The notes: generated by a model not told the origin, from the letters alone. Counted from the whole stretch's first letter, positions 23,738-37,557 are shown. The stretch: 63,152 nt of DNA, filler included, from Basidiobolus ranarum (GCA_040143965.1; 14 parts of 14 records of this genome joined end to end with filler, not necessarily neighbours in it); one strand, 5' to 3'. Made by a program: numbers and translations.

Positions 23738-26700
23738 TGCTAAAGTATTTGGGAGCCTGTTGGAAGTGGCTTGGAGAATTTGGGAAATTGGTGGTTTTCA
23801 CTTGGTAATTTTTTGAGTAGAGAGTTGACACTTATTGATTTGTCAAGATGTAAGCAAACTAACATATGGGATGTGCTAAAGAAGGTACCAGGAGCATATG
23901 TGATAAGTTTGGCTCCTATAACAGAAGTTTGAAAAATATATATATTTGAGAACTTGTAAGTTGGTAAAATTTTCTAAGTAAATTCCAACTGATACTGGTG
24001 CATATTATTGTAGTGAAATGCAAGATAACTAAGTACTAAACTATATATGACTATATAGGTGTTTAGGCAATGCTAATTTCAGCACTTTCCCACCACTGAA
24101 TAGTCATGTCAACTAACCTAAGAAAGGCCTAAATTTCATAAATATTTGTCCAGCTAATGGTGTAATTAATAAATCAGCAATCATATCTTCTATAAATGAA
24201 TAAGGTAAGTCACCATACTCATTCTCTATATTCTCTCTAATAAAGTCTTGCTTAATTTCTATATGCTTACTTCTATTATGAAACATGGGATTTTTAGCTA
24301 ATTTGATACAACTTTGATTATGTTGAAAAATTGTAGTTGGTGAATTTTGAGAATAGCCAAAACCTGTTAAGAGTTTGGTCAAACATGTTGTGTCTCTTAT
24401 TACTTCACAGGCAGCCATATATTCTGCTCCTGTTGTCAAATGTGCTATTATAGGTTGTTTCTTTGGATTTTAACAAATAGCTCCATTGTGGCAAAGAAAT
24501 AAGTATCCTGTTGTTGATCTCCTCTCTTTAATATCTCTTCCTCATTTTGCATCTGAATATCACTTCAGATCAATATTTGATCTACAATATGTGTATTTGA
24601 AGAACAGATCTACAGTACCTTTGAGAATCTATAAAGCCACCTAACTGCTATGATTAGATCACATCCATAAACTTAAAAATATTGGTACATAACTCCCACA
24701 GAAAATGCATTATTGGGCCTTGTTTGTGCAAGGATAAAGATCAAAATACCTACCATATGGTAACAAGGAAATCTCTGGCTTTCATTTGAATTGACTGATT
24801 TGAGCCATTTTTGGTCAAGGTATAATTTGTCTTTATTGGTGTAGATACTGGATTATATTCTTTCATTTGAAACTTCCTGAGTAAACCTAGGATATACTTA
24901 GACTGATTTAAGTTATTTTTCAGGTAGTTCTTTTAATCTTTATTTGTATTCCATGATAGTATACCAGTTCACCAAAATCAGTCATTTTGAATTTGTCACA
25001 CACCATAGATTTGGTTTTCCCCAAAGTCTTCAAGTTATTGGTTGCTATAACAAGGTCAACTAAATATAAGGCTAATAGAACTAGGTTTGACTTATCTGGC
25101 CTCAAGTTGCCAGTGTTATTCTTGCGGAATTTGAGTTTTCAAAAAAAGCATCTATCATGCTAATCCAAGCTCTAGGTGATTGTTTTAAGCCATAAAGTGT
25201 TTCCCAGAGTCTCCAAACTTTTTTTAGTTCTTTTGGTGTCCGCAAATTGATGTGGGTGGATCATATAGATCTTTTCAGCAAGCTTACCATTCAAAAAAGC
25301 AGCTTTAACATCTATACAATATATACTAAACTGGTGTTTAGCTGTAAATGCTAAAATCAATCTAATTGAATTAAAATGCGCTATAGGAGCAAAATTTTCT
25401 GTGTAATCTTTTTGTGGTGTTTGCCAATAACATTTGGCTACTAGTCTAGCCTTGTACTTGTCTATTTTGATATTGGAGTTGTATTTAGCTTTAAACATGC
25501 ATTGGCAGCCAATTGATTTTGATCATCTGACAGGTCTAATAAAATTCAAGTTTGATTATCAATCAAAGTCTGTTACTCTTCAGCCATTGCAGATCCCTAA
25601 ATGTTTGCTTGAGCACTATTCAGGCCCTCTTTTACAGCCTGAGGCTCATATATTTGAGCTGTGCAGGCATAGGCAAAATCATATATGCATTGATGTAGTA
25701 ATCAGAGCTATTTCTGATCCAATTACATAACCTGGTTTAAAATGATAGTACTACAACTTCTGGCATAGTCTTGGGCTCTTCAGTAGGCTTAATTTAGTTA
25801 AAGGGTCCACTGGAATGCTATTTTCATCAATGTTTGCATTTGAATCAATTTGAATGATTCAATCTGGAAAGATTGCTTTCTGTCATCATCTGAGGTCATC
25901 TCACATAAAGCATTTTCATTTTCATTCAACCAAACATCCCTGGACTTGATTGAATTTTAATTTTTGGTATCATTGAGTCTGTAGGCTATATGTTGAGTAC
26001 AATAATCAAGTAATATGCATTACCTATTTTTTGGATCAAGTTTAGACTAATTCTTGGTTATAATTTGAACATTAGCAATTCATCTAAAGATCCTGAAATG
26101 ATTTGTATCTGGTCTAACTCCAAATCAAGCTTGATATGGTGTAGAGTCAAACTGACTTCTAATAAATCTCCAATACCCAAGATACTTGGCTATTGCATCA
26201 GATTCCACCCAAATATTTTGAGATTAGTTTTGTGCATTTCTCATAGACCTTGCCTTTCTATTATGAACCTGTTAGCTCTTTTCACAACTGCATTTTGATG
26301 ATGTGAATAGGTAGTAGTATTTTCCTGCTAAATTCCATGATCTTTGCTAAAGTGCTTAAATATTATAGATGTATATTTTACACTTTTATCAGTGCAAGTA
26401 TTCTTGATTGTAGATCCAATTTTTGTCTCCACAAGTCCTTTGAAATTTCCAAAGAAAGAGCATGCTTCTTCTTTTCTTTGCATAAGGTGAACCCAAGTGT
26501 ATCTTTTGTGACCTTCAATAAGTGTGATTAAATATCTTTTTTTGTGGCAAGATAAATTTTGCATAGGTCTACACAAATCTGAATGAATTAGATGCAATAT
26601 TTTGAGTGATTTAATTAAATCAGAGCTCTTGAACAGTTGTCTGGCTTCTTTTTCTTATATAATACCCTTACATATTTTTATATTTTTGTTGAGGGATTAA

Positions 26701-26960
26701 TTTCAATTCCAGAAATTAGGCAATTTGTGATCACTTTGCTCAAATAATCACATCCTAAGTGGCTCAATCTCTTCTGTCTTAATTGATTACTTTTTTAATT
26801 GGAAATACTTTTATTTACACCTAAACCAGTTGGAATATATATAGGTAAGTATAAATTCTGATCCATTTCCATCAAACCTAAATAATACCCATTTTGATCA
26901 GAGATGGTGCATCCTGACTAATCTAAATAAAATTTTTGCCCTTCTCATGTGGCTTGTGTT
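23738..26960 (-). mobile_element. Degenerate Ty1/Copia family B: integrase, RT, RNase H, PPT, 3' LTR 23738-24084
   Basis: LIHSDLC.PM, KYKARLVAK, DVKAAFLNG.L.E.IYM, AEYMAA..NQSCIKLAKNPMFHNRSKHI. LTR homologous to 15480-15818. Confidence 0.92.
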
Positions 26961-27304
26961 CAAATGTTGTGACTTCTTGAAGCTCAGTAAGAGCTTCACT
27001 ATTTCACTTAAACACCTGTTGTCTTGGTCCTGTGGGGATATTCATTGAAACAGATTGCTGTCTTAGGAGATTGCCCTCAGGTGTCAGATCTTTGTCCNNN
27101 NNNNNNNNNNNNNNNNNNNNNNNNNNNNNNNNNNNNNNNNNTTAATTAATTAANNNNNNNNNNNNNNNNNNNNNNNNNNNNNNNNNNNNNNNNNNNNAGA
27201 GGGTGATGGATAGTGCCAAATTGTGCTGCATAAATTTTAGAATACTTTATCCAATATGATATTTACAGCGCACTCTGGCACTATCACAGAGAACAAGTCC
27301 ACTA

Positions 27305-28204
27305 TTCAGGTATTTGAGAGGAATTGTAGAACTACTTCTGGAATACTCTGGCACTCCTGATGCTCAAAAATCTGAAGGCTACAGTGATGCAGACTTGGAA
27401 AGAAGCCTTGCATATAAAAGAGCAACAACTGGGTACACTTTTTTCTATGATAATGGAGCTATAACTTGGACTAGTAAGCTGCAACCAACTATACTTCTTT
27501 CCACTACAGAAGCAGAGTAAATGGCTGCCTCTGCTACTACACAAGAAGCTATGTGCTTAAGAAAGTTATTTACTGACTTAGGATACGTGCAAAAAGTGCT
27601 TTTACTGTATTTGAAGGTAATAAAGTTGAAGTTCATTAGCTAAAAACCCTACCCTTCATACTAGAACAAAATATAGAGATATTAGGCATCATTTTACTAG
27701 AGAAGTGATTGAGATGATATAATTAAACTTCTCTATTGCCCTACTGAAGAAATGATGCTCAGATCTTATCCAAACCTTCAGCTTAAGCACAATTTAAATT
27801 ATAAAGGTAAAAGTTGCATTTAAGAAAAACTCAAAATAGTTGGTTGCATAGGAATGTTGAAGTTAGGTAAATAGAAACTAATTATTTAGTGGTAGTTTAT
27901 TCATATTCTGACTATTTAGCACCCAATCATCCCATTTAGAGATATATGTTTATTGCTCTAATTGATATTTCTATTAATTAGAGCCCTTTTATCAATTTGC
28001 ATTACTTTCTCAAAACCTCTCCAAATTATCTCATATTTTACACATACTTAACAGGCATCTTGGTTATGCTCTAAGCATATTCAATAGTCTTATGTTGTAG
28101 TAAACTATATATAGGATTTATTCAATTTGACCAAACTTAAGTGACTAATTAACAAATCCAAATCCTGGCCAAAACACTTCCTAATCCCACAAACACTTTT
28201 ATCA
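27305..28204 (+). mobile_element. Copia family A RNase H remnant plus 3' LTR (27855-28204)
   Basis: GYSDADL..RATTGYTF..GAITWTSKLQPT..LSTTEAE. LTR TGTTGAAGTTAGG...CACTTTTATCA. Confidence 0.85.
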
Positions 28205-28699
28205 GTTATTTCCATTCAAAAATTAGTTAGTTCCTAGAATTGTTGAAAATTTAAAAAACCATGCCAAATATGAGGTTCAAAAATTCCCTTTGTATGGATA
28301 TTGTTGAAGACCATCAGGAAGCTGCTGTCTCACCAACAAAATCCCTAGCAGAATGCAGCCCATCAATATTGTGTTGGCTCTCTGCTAGCTTTGCAATCCA
28401 GAAGAGTGGTTCTAATCTAAAGTTTGATCAAGCATAATGCATTCCACATTGAGCTGTTTCAATATGAATGCATAACAAATGATGCAGATCAACCTATGAT
28501 TAATTTTGTTGACGCAGTTTATTAAATAATTTCCATGCAATTACTCATAAATGAATGATTAGAATATTTAGTGCAAACAAAAATTGTATTATACAAAATG
28601 TAGGGATTTACCATGATATTTGAAATTCTTAGATAAATATCTTACACAAGCTGGATTTATCTCTATTGTGCTAACCCAATCCAAGATTAGTATCATGGT

Positions 28700-31622
28700 T
28701 GATAGCAGTGCATTGAGGATTCGGAGGTGTTTTGGACAAGATTTAAATTTGTGATTTAGACACTTAAGTTTTATTGAAGTGAATATGTCCAACTTATCAT
28801 TAACTATGAAATAGAACTAGTGGACTTGATTAGGTCATAACAAACATGGCTGTTAAGCATGTGTGAAAATTAGAGGTGATTTGGAGAAGTTTTGAGAAAA
28901 TAGTTAATAGTGGTAAAAGTGATCTAATTAATATTTCTATCAATTTGAGCAATGAACACAAGCTTTTTAATGGCAGAATTTATAGCTAAATAGGTAGAAT
29001 ATGAATAAATTAACTTTTAAATAATGAGTTGCTGTTTACCTAATTCAACATTCCCAGTGAACAAATTAGATTGATAACCACTTGAACCTAACTTTTATCT
29101 TGATAATTCAAAATGTGCATTAGCTAAATATTTGGTTAAGATCTGAGCATCATATCTTCAGTAGGGCAATAGAGAAGTTCAATTATATCATTCTAAATTG
29201 CTTCTCTTACAATATGAAGCCTAATATGTATACATTTTGCTCTAGTATGAAATGTAGGGCTTTTAGCTAATGAAATTTGACTTTGATTATCTTCATATAC
29301 ATTGAAAGCACAACTTTAAATGTATTCTAAGTCTGTAAATAATATTTGTGACCACCTAGCTTCTTCTGCAGTTGCAGAGGAAGCCATTAACTTTGCTTCT
29401 GCAATAGAAAAACTATGTTTGGCTACTTCTTACTATTTGGTAATTGACATTATTGACCCATTTGCAGCCTTAATTTTGATTCTGGACACTCCAGAGCTTA
29501 ATCTAGAGTCTGTGGCTGGTCACAGAATGCTACATAAGCATGTACATCATGTTTAAAAGAGCTTTACCAGTTTCCTAGCTGATTACTCCTTCTGGATGAT
29601 CATCTTGGTCCTGATTGATCCTCTAATGTAATTGGAACTGGAGGTTTGGTTGAATAGGTCTCAGTAACATCTGAAATTTTGTCAGAAACTTCCAGATAGT
29701 GCTGAATGTGTTTTCTGGATCAAGAACTGTGAATTGAAAAGAAAAATATGCTTATGATCAAGAAACACAACTCTGCATTTGATTGACTTCTGATTTTTGG
29801 CCTCAAATAGTCTTTTGGCACTACATCCATCAGTGTAACCAAGAAATATGCATTTTCTGCTTGTAGCTTCCAATTTAGAGCAATTATCAGCTGGAATTAG
29901 GCAACATGCGGTGCAACTAAAGATTCTTAGATGCTTCACACTCAATTTTGATCTATGGAGGGCTTTAAATGGATTAGAATTTCAAGCAATCTAGTTGGGC
30001 ATCTACTTTGATACAGACTGCAGTAGAGACTGATACAGCCAAATATTGGTAACCCAAATTTGATCAAGTAATATGGAGCTTGCCATTGCCAAAGTGCTCC
30101 TATTAGCACATTCTGCTACTCCATTTGATTGTGGAGAATAAAGTACAGCAGTTTGTTGCTTAACTCCATGCTTGAAACAGATAGTAGCAATGTTGTTGGA
30201 GCAGTGTTCTCTACCATTATCACTCCTTAGTACCCTTGTTCTTTCTGTTGACTCTTTTTCAACTATTGTTTTATAGTGCTGGAGTGTAGCTAGGACTTCA
30301 GATTTGGATTTGAGGAAGAATGCCTAAATATGTCTTGTTTTTAATCAAAAAAGATCATCAAGTACCTTTTGCCACCTAGTGAGACATTTTTCATGAGTCC
30401 ACATAGGTCACAATGAGTCATGGCAAGATTCTGAGTGCATTTGGTTGCCCTAAAACTTGAAAACAGCTGACTGCAATATTTTTCATACATGCAACCTTCA
30501 CCCAGATCCAATTTGACGATATTTTTGATTTCTAAGCCTGAAGCAAGCTGGTTTTGTAACCCAATGTGGCTTAATCTACTCTGACATATTTGACAGCATT
30601 ATTCACCAGTTTTGGCCAGGTTTGCATGCTCAGAATACAATTTTATGATTTCTAACTTGAATAAGTTATATGTTTTGATCTCCATAGGTAATTTGGCTTT
30701 ATTCTGCTCTGTAATAATATATCCAGCCATGCTTAGCACAAAATTTAGTCCTCAAGTTGTTGCTAGGCTTATTGAGAGTAGGTTCTTGCAAATATTTGGT
30801 ACAGAGAATATATCATCTAATTTACAGATGGTGTAGCTGAATTCTGGTCCAAATTGAGAACAACTGTGCCCTTACCAACAGCAACTAGTGCATATTCTAC
30901 ACCCAAGAAGACTTTTCTTGCTTGGATGTGTTTCAAACTGAAATCCAATCTTTCTCGTTTGTCATATGCAGGCAAGCTCTTGAATCCATGTACTGTGTTT
31001 CTGAGTCTTTGTTAGAGGTTACTGATAGATCAATCACTAACATGTGATTTCTATCAATGCTTACTTGATTTGCTTATTTCAATTTTAGCTTTTTGGCAAA
31101 AATTCTTTTGTTGCAATCTATGAAAAAATGGCCTGGTCTCTTGCAATACTGATAGATGACTGATGTCTTATCAGGGGCACCATATTTGAAGCCTGTTAAA
31201 TATCTTACAAATCCAAAAAAATGCTTGATATGCATTATCTTGCTATAAATTTGATTTTGTTACATCCTTATTCAGAGCCTAGTGCCCATATATATCATGT
31301 TAATGTCTCTGATCTGGATTCAAGGGCAATTATGAAGTTCCCAAGCTGTTCTGGCAGGCTTCCAAGGATGAGAGTGGATCTGCCACAGTTTGAATCCATT
31401 TTATATGACTAAGAATAGAATCAGCAGAATTTATCTGAATTGATAATAATTTTCCCCTAAGATACAGCCTGCTAGCAAGACTTTCCATCTCATGTAATCC
31501 CTCAAGTGTTTGCCACGCAGTTTGGATGTTTTTGCAGAGTGTATAGGCCTAAATTAAGAGCCTCTCAGATGGAGAAAAAATATAGAAAGAGGTTTCCTCT
31601 GCCACTTGTTTAAGGCAAGGAT
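28700..31622 (-). mobile_element. Degenerate Copia family A: gag, protease, integrase, RT deleted, RNase H end, 3' LTR 28700-29050
   Basis: HLRIFSCTACCLIP..KLEATSRKCIFLGY. Collinear with 59500-62000. LTR is the reverse complement of 27855-28204. Confidence 0.88.
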
Positions 31623-31799
31623 NNNNNNNNNNNNNNNNNNNNNNNNNNNNNNNNNNNNNNNNNNNNTTAATTAATTAANNNNNNNNNNNNNNNNNNNNNN
31701 NNNNNNNNNNNNNNNNNNNNNNAATTGGGTATAAGCTGACTCACCATTCTCTGATCACTTGTCTATACCAAAAGAAATTCAAGGTAAAGACAAAAGTCA

Positions 31800-34700
31800 G
31801 CTCACAAAGAAACAAAAACTGCACATGTAACTAGTAGTCAAAATAGCCAACCTGATAGAAGCACTGTGAAATATTACAAATTTAAAAAGCTGTGACATAC
31901 AGCCTATTATTTCCAATCAAAGAAGAAATGGGCTTCAAAGGATAAGGAAGTGCATAACAGAACTAAAAGAGGATATGAGGACTATGGCTTCTGGCAACCT
32001 CTAAATCAAGAAATTGCTGAAATCAGCATTGCCTAAACATCTATATAGCCATATATAACTTGGTAATTAGTAATCTTATAACTCACTAAGATATTATCAA
32101 TTATTCTCAATCAGAATTTACTTAGAATATTTTTACCAACTTAGAAGTTCTCAGATATATAGATTTTTCAAACTTGCTCTAGAAGCCCCAAACTTTGCAC
32201 ACATGTTCCTGGGACCTTCCTTAACATATTCTACACGTTAGTTTGTTTACATTTTGACAAAACTATAAATGTCAACTTTCTACTCAATAAATCAATAAGT
32301 GAAAACCACCAATTCCTCTAATTCTCCAAACCACTACCAACAGGCTCCCAAATACTTTAACAGAAAACACTCTGCTGCTGTATGGATTCTGGATTCTTGT
32401 GAAGGTGTCACATGTGTGACAATTGAAGTATAATGTCTGATTGTAAGGAGGTATAAGATCTTCACATTGCAGTATCTGGAAGAAGTAAATGGTTTTCACA
32501 TGGAACTGGAAAAGTAACACCCAACTTACAAATAAGTAAAACTAAAAGTGTATTGGTATCCTTGGAGTATGACTTATAAATTGATTCATTGACAACAAAC
32601 CTATTTTCAATTAGAGCAATTAAAAAGAAACATTACAATGTCAAATTCAGCCAAGGAATAGTAACCATATATATATCAAAGGACTTGATAGTGGTAACTC
32701 GTACAAGGACCAGAAATCCAAAGCACCTAGATATAGCATCAACAACTGAGACTAGCTAACTTTGCAACTATTATTCCTGGAGATTGATGACTTGACCTAA
32801 GCACTTGGGTTATCTAGGCTATGATAGTGTGAAAATATTGTACAAAAATAGCCTATATATTGGAGTGGTACTTGCACTTTATGATGCTACCAAATATCAA
32901 AGCTAGCAGAGTCAAAGATTTATTGGATTATAGTGATGTAGATTTATGTGGCCCAATGAAAACTCTGACACCAAGTAAGTGCCAATATTTAGTCATCTTT
33001 TTTGAGATTAAATCACACTTAATAGTTTCATATCTTTTTTCAAGCAAGGGGGAAGTGTTAGACTATTTCAAAATATCTGAAGTAATGGTCCCAACCACAA
33101 CAGGATGAAAAAGTAAATGTCTATTCAGTGATAAAGCAATGGAATTCAGTAACAAAGCCATGGCTAGCAAGCCCTGACCTTATACCAGAAAGCCTTAACA
33201 TTGCTCTGAAAATATTGATGATTAAGAATCAGCTTCTGAATATCAGGATGTTATCTTGGCCAATACAAAATATGTAGATCAGGAACAGGGTATTTTTCCA
33301 GCTAATCAGGAACCTGGAGGTTAGGCTTGGAAACAAGGTGCTCACTTTCTACAAAATTTTTACTCTTAGAGCTATCTTACTCACAATATTGATGATATTG
33401 AATGCAATCAATTACTGGAAGAGTGTAATGAATTACAAAAAGTATGCAACCAATTGAATGATTCAGGCTATCAGGTCTCAGAATTGCTACCAAGTGGAAA
33501 CCATAAGTATCCTATAAGTGAAACATCTGACCTCTCTACCTAGAACTTTAAATGTCTCAAATCAGAGAATGAAATTCACATATTGAATTCAGAAAAGGGT
33601 GAAATGTAGCAGCACATACAGCTTTTTTCAAACCAGAAAATTTGGGACATCCTCCAAAATCTGATGAAATGACAAAATGGGAAAAAGCTACTGATGAAGA
33701 AATTTGCTCCCCAATTAAGAACAACATATGAATTCTTGTTTACTTACCTACCCAAAGAGCAACTATTGGTAACAGCTTCATGTTGAAACTAAACTTGACT
33801 TAGTTGCATATATCAACCAGAAAAAATCAAGACTAGTAGTAAAAGGATATGCTCAGAAATATGATATTGATTCTGCTGAAGTATTTTCTCATATAGCTAA
33901 GATCACATCATTCAGAGTAATCTTACTATTGCTACCCACCAAGGAATGCTGATTGAACAAATGAATGCCAAAACACTATTACATGGCTAAGCCAGAGAGA
34001 TAAATTGCCAAAGGAGAAAACATCACATATGCAAACTGCATAGAACTGTACATAGTATCAAACCAGCCTCTTGCACATAGAACACTAAAATGTATTAGAT
34101 CTTCATCAAACATCTTTTCCAATGTAGCACAGCTGATCACTGCATATATGTCAAGGCCACCAAAATCAACAAACATAATTACTCCCTGTTTTAATGATAT
34201 CACAATAGTTGGTAATTGCTAATATCTGATACAACAAATCAAGACCAAGATGTCTTCCAAGTTAGATATGCAAGTCCTTGAATCACTGGTATATTGCCTT
34301 GGAATGTAGATATATCAGCAATTTGGTATTTGAATGCTCTGTATTGCACAAGAAAAATACATCAAAGATTTCTTGAACTGATTCAATAGGGTCTGATGTA
34401 AAGAATCTTCAAATCTACTACATATGCTGTAAGCCACTAACAATATGATACTAAATACCTGAGAGAATATTGAGGTCACAAAACAAATTCCTGAGCATGG
34501 TACAGTTGGAAGTCTTGTAAATGAAACAGCTGATACAAGGCCTGATGTTGCTACAGCTGTAAGTATAGTAAACAAATATATGGAAAATTCTTCAATGAAA
34601 CATTGGATGGCTATGATACAGATAGTACACTATCTTAAAGGAACAAGACTTCATCACACTCAACTTAGCAAGTAGCACACCATGTCTGGCAATTTGGAAG

Positions 34701-35390
34701 GATATGCTTATGCAGTTTGGGCTAATTATACAGAAGACTGAAAGCCTAGAACTAGACATATGCTTAAGCTAACTAGTGGACCAGTTAGCTGGATTACTAA
34801 GGAACAACAAGCTGTGGAATTATCAGCTACAGAAGCTGAATATATGGCAAGCCCTATGGTGGTGCAAGAAACTACATGGCTAAGAAGTTTCCTCAAGGAA
34901 ACAAGATAAACTCAAGTTAATCCTACCCTGTAGTATCAAGAAAATATTTGCTATATTCAGATCACCAACAATCCTGAACAACACTCAAGGATGAAACATA
35001 TTTGCACAAGTCATTGTTTTATAAAAGAGGAAGTTCAAGACAAAAAAGAGAACTTTATTCATTGGAATACTGAGAACATGATTGCAGAGAAACTAACACA
35101 TCAACTCAAAATTACAAGTGTTGAAAAGTTAAGAGCAGGCATAGTCATTGATGGGGTTAAGCACAATGCTGCATAAGAATTACAAGATGGTGTTGGATAT
35201 TTTATCTTTATTCCACATCTTAGTTAACCTGCTTTATGATATCTATATCACAAGCAGAAAGCAACATATTTGTGGCCCCTACATTCAAATTAGGAACATC
35301 TCTATACCTACACAATCAATATATCTTATTACCCCCACTTTTCTATTACATTGTATTGTACAAGCTCCAGAATACCTTAGAAAATTGAAT
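31800..35390 (+). mobile_element. Highly decayed Copia family C with 3' LTR starting 35191 (TGTTGGAT)
   Basis: WILDS protease, DVDLCGPM integrase, RLVVKGYAQ and RPDVATAVS RT remnants, LSATEAEYMA and TENMIA RNase H. LTR homologous to 49765-49951. Confidence 0.75.
32015..32362 (+). mobile_element. Solo LTR-B nested in Copia family C
   Basis: TG...CA, 348 bp, homologous to other LTR-B copies; flanks GAAAT / GAAAA (near-TSD). Confidence 0.85.
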
Positions 35391-35888
35391 TTGTTCTTTA
35401 TTCTATGAGTCACCATTTTCTTTTAAAAATAAGGTAATAAAGCACTATTGTAAGCAGCCTTTGAAATACAGAGTCTATTTCTGTTATGTCAAGATCTTCT
35501 AACAAGTTTGAATATAACCACATCCAGCCAACTCTTTCTTTTGGCAATATTATAACAATCATTTCTAAGCTTCACAAGGTTTAATGAAAATAAAAGAATT
35601 GTTTTAAGCAATACATTATCAAATAAAAGTGTCTGGAGCATGTAAGAAAAGGGCAATTTGTAGCTAAATGCAAAAGTATCTTTAAATATAATGTAAAGAA
35701 GCATGTATACTATGTTATACCAGGCCAAAGTTTTCTATACATGAAGTGATTTCCTTCAATAAAAACACACTATCTGAGAGCAGGAATTAGAAAAGCATCA
35801 AGTTAAGCCCATGTGATGTTCAGTTTAATTTTGCCATCAAAGAAAGTCTCTAAGAGACTGCTACTATTTGAACTATTCTAAAGAGCAC

Positions 35889-36143
35889 TAAGGATGTTGA
35901 CGAAATGGCTTTAAACGACCCGTCTTGAAACACGGACCAAGGAGTCTAACAAATATGCGAGTATTTGGGTGGCAAACCCATATGCGCAATGAAAGTGAAT
36001 GTAGGTGGGATCTCACGCTTCGGCGAGGGTGCACCATCGACCGATCTGGATTATTTTATGATAGATTTGAGTAAGAGCATATCTGTTGGGACCCGAAAGA
36101 TGGTGAACTATGCCTGAATAGGCGGAAGCCAGAGGAAACTCTC
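35889..36143 (+). rRNA. 28S (LSU) rRNA fragment, end of D2 through D3
   Basis: Universal motifs ACCCGTCTTGAAACACGGACCAAGGAGTCTAAC and GGGACCCGAAAGATGGTGAACTATGCCTGAATAGG. Confidence 0.95.
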
Positions 36144-37065
36144 NNNNNNNNNNNNNNNNNNNNNNNNNNNNNNNNNNNNNNNNNNNNTTAATTAATTAAN
36201 NNNNNNNNNNNNNNNNNNNNNNNNNNNNNNNNNNNNNNNNNNNCCGAGTTTCACATGAGTGATATCAATGGCAGAGAACAAAATCTCCGTGATTTTCATG
36301 AATTGGGGAGTTTTGGGGCTAAAAATAACAGAATTCCTGAGATATTTACCGAATTCCTAAAATCTACCATCGAGCATGAAAGTCCAATCTTAAAATCTTA
36401 CTTTACCAAACCTGAAGTGTCTGTGAGACAGAATAGGAGATGCCGAATAGGTCAAAGGTTAGATTCCTGATCCTATTCGCTAGGTTTATGGATCCAGTAG
36501 GTCAAATGTTGGCACACAGCACAGCCTCTAACCAAATCGGGCACTGGTCAGTTAAAATCAAGAAATGAATGCCTGAAGATTGAACTTGATGAGTATTTCA
36601 ATATTTGCAAATAAAGCTTATGCTTCTGGTATCATTAGTTGGAGATGACTAGTCAAAAGATTTGCTATAATACGATGCCACATAAACACTTCCCGATTTC
36701 GATCAAATCCATCACTCTCTCATTTCATTTGCTAGCTGCAAATTACAAATCTGCAGAATACTCCACCTCGTCCCCTATATAATAGTAGGCCCGCGCCTTC
36801 CCAAACGAGGTTACTCTCAGTTTCTATTTTTCATTCGTCAATTTCTCTGCTTCCGTCGAATCTGCCCTTGTTGTTATCTCATTTATATTATACATTTGAA
36901 TTGCAAATCAGCATTCCCTATTTTCCGTTGCTCTTGCCAGTCTCCTCAGCTTCTATTTGAATCATTCGCTGTTGGCTCAAACGGTTATTTCTTATGCAAT
37001 AGTAATCAATCCCAACCACAATTATTTATCATTTATCGTTCAGTTAGACTATTCTGAACTTGAAT

Positions 37066-37557
37066 ATGGATGGCAAAAGTAGACAGGACGTATCAAGACT
37101 TGATATAGCCTTTCTTTTGAACGCCTCGGATGACATTGTAGATCAGACTATATCTCTTGCGATCGAATACCCAGAAAAAGTGCTTGAAGAACACGAGGAT
37201 ACTCTCTCACGAGAGTCAGACGACACACAGGACTATGAAGAGGCTATGGGAATACCTAGTCAATTCGTATCTACCGATAGTTCACCATCCTCCTCTGATG
37301 TCACATCCGATGTAAACAAAAGACACCAATGTACCCTATGCTCTCGAAGCTTTCAAAGACCAAGTGCACTTCGAATCCATATGTATTCGCATACGGGAGA
37401 GAAGCCCTTTGAATGTAGTTATCGTGGGTGTCAGAAACGGTTTAACGTAGAATCCAATCTTCGGCGGCATTTACGCACTCACTTACCCCTTCCACAACAG
37501 CCTACGCGTGGAAAGAAGGTTCGCCTTAAGTGGGTCAATCTTTCGCCAGAACCATAG
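37066..37557 (+). CDS. Small two-finger C2H2 transcription factor
   Basis: HQCTLCSRSFQRPSALRIHMYSH-TGEKPF-ECSYRGCQKRFNVESNLRRHLRTH. TATATAA at ~36776. Confidence 0.92.
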   Translation: MDGKSRQDVSRLDIAFLLNASDDIVDQTISLAIEYPEKVLEEHEDTLSRESDDTQDYEEAMGIPSQFVSTDSSPSSSDVTSDVNKRHQCTLCSRSFQRPSALRIHMYSHTGEKPFECSYRGCQKRFNVESNLRRHLRTHLPLPQQPTRGKKVRLKWVNLSPEP

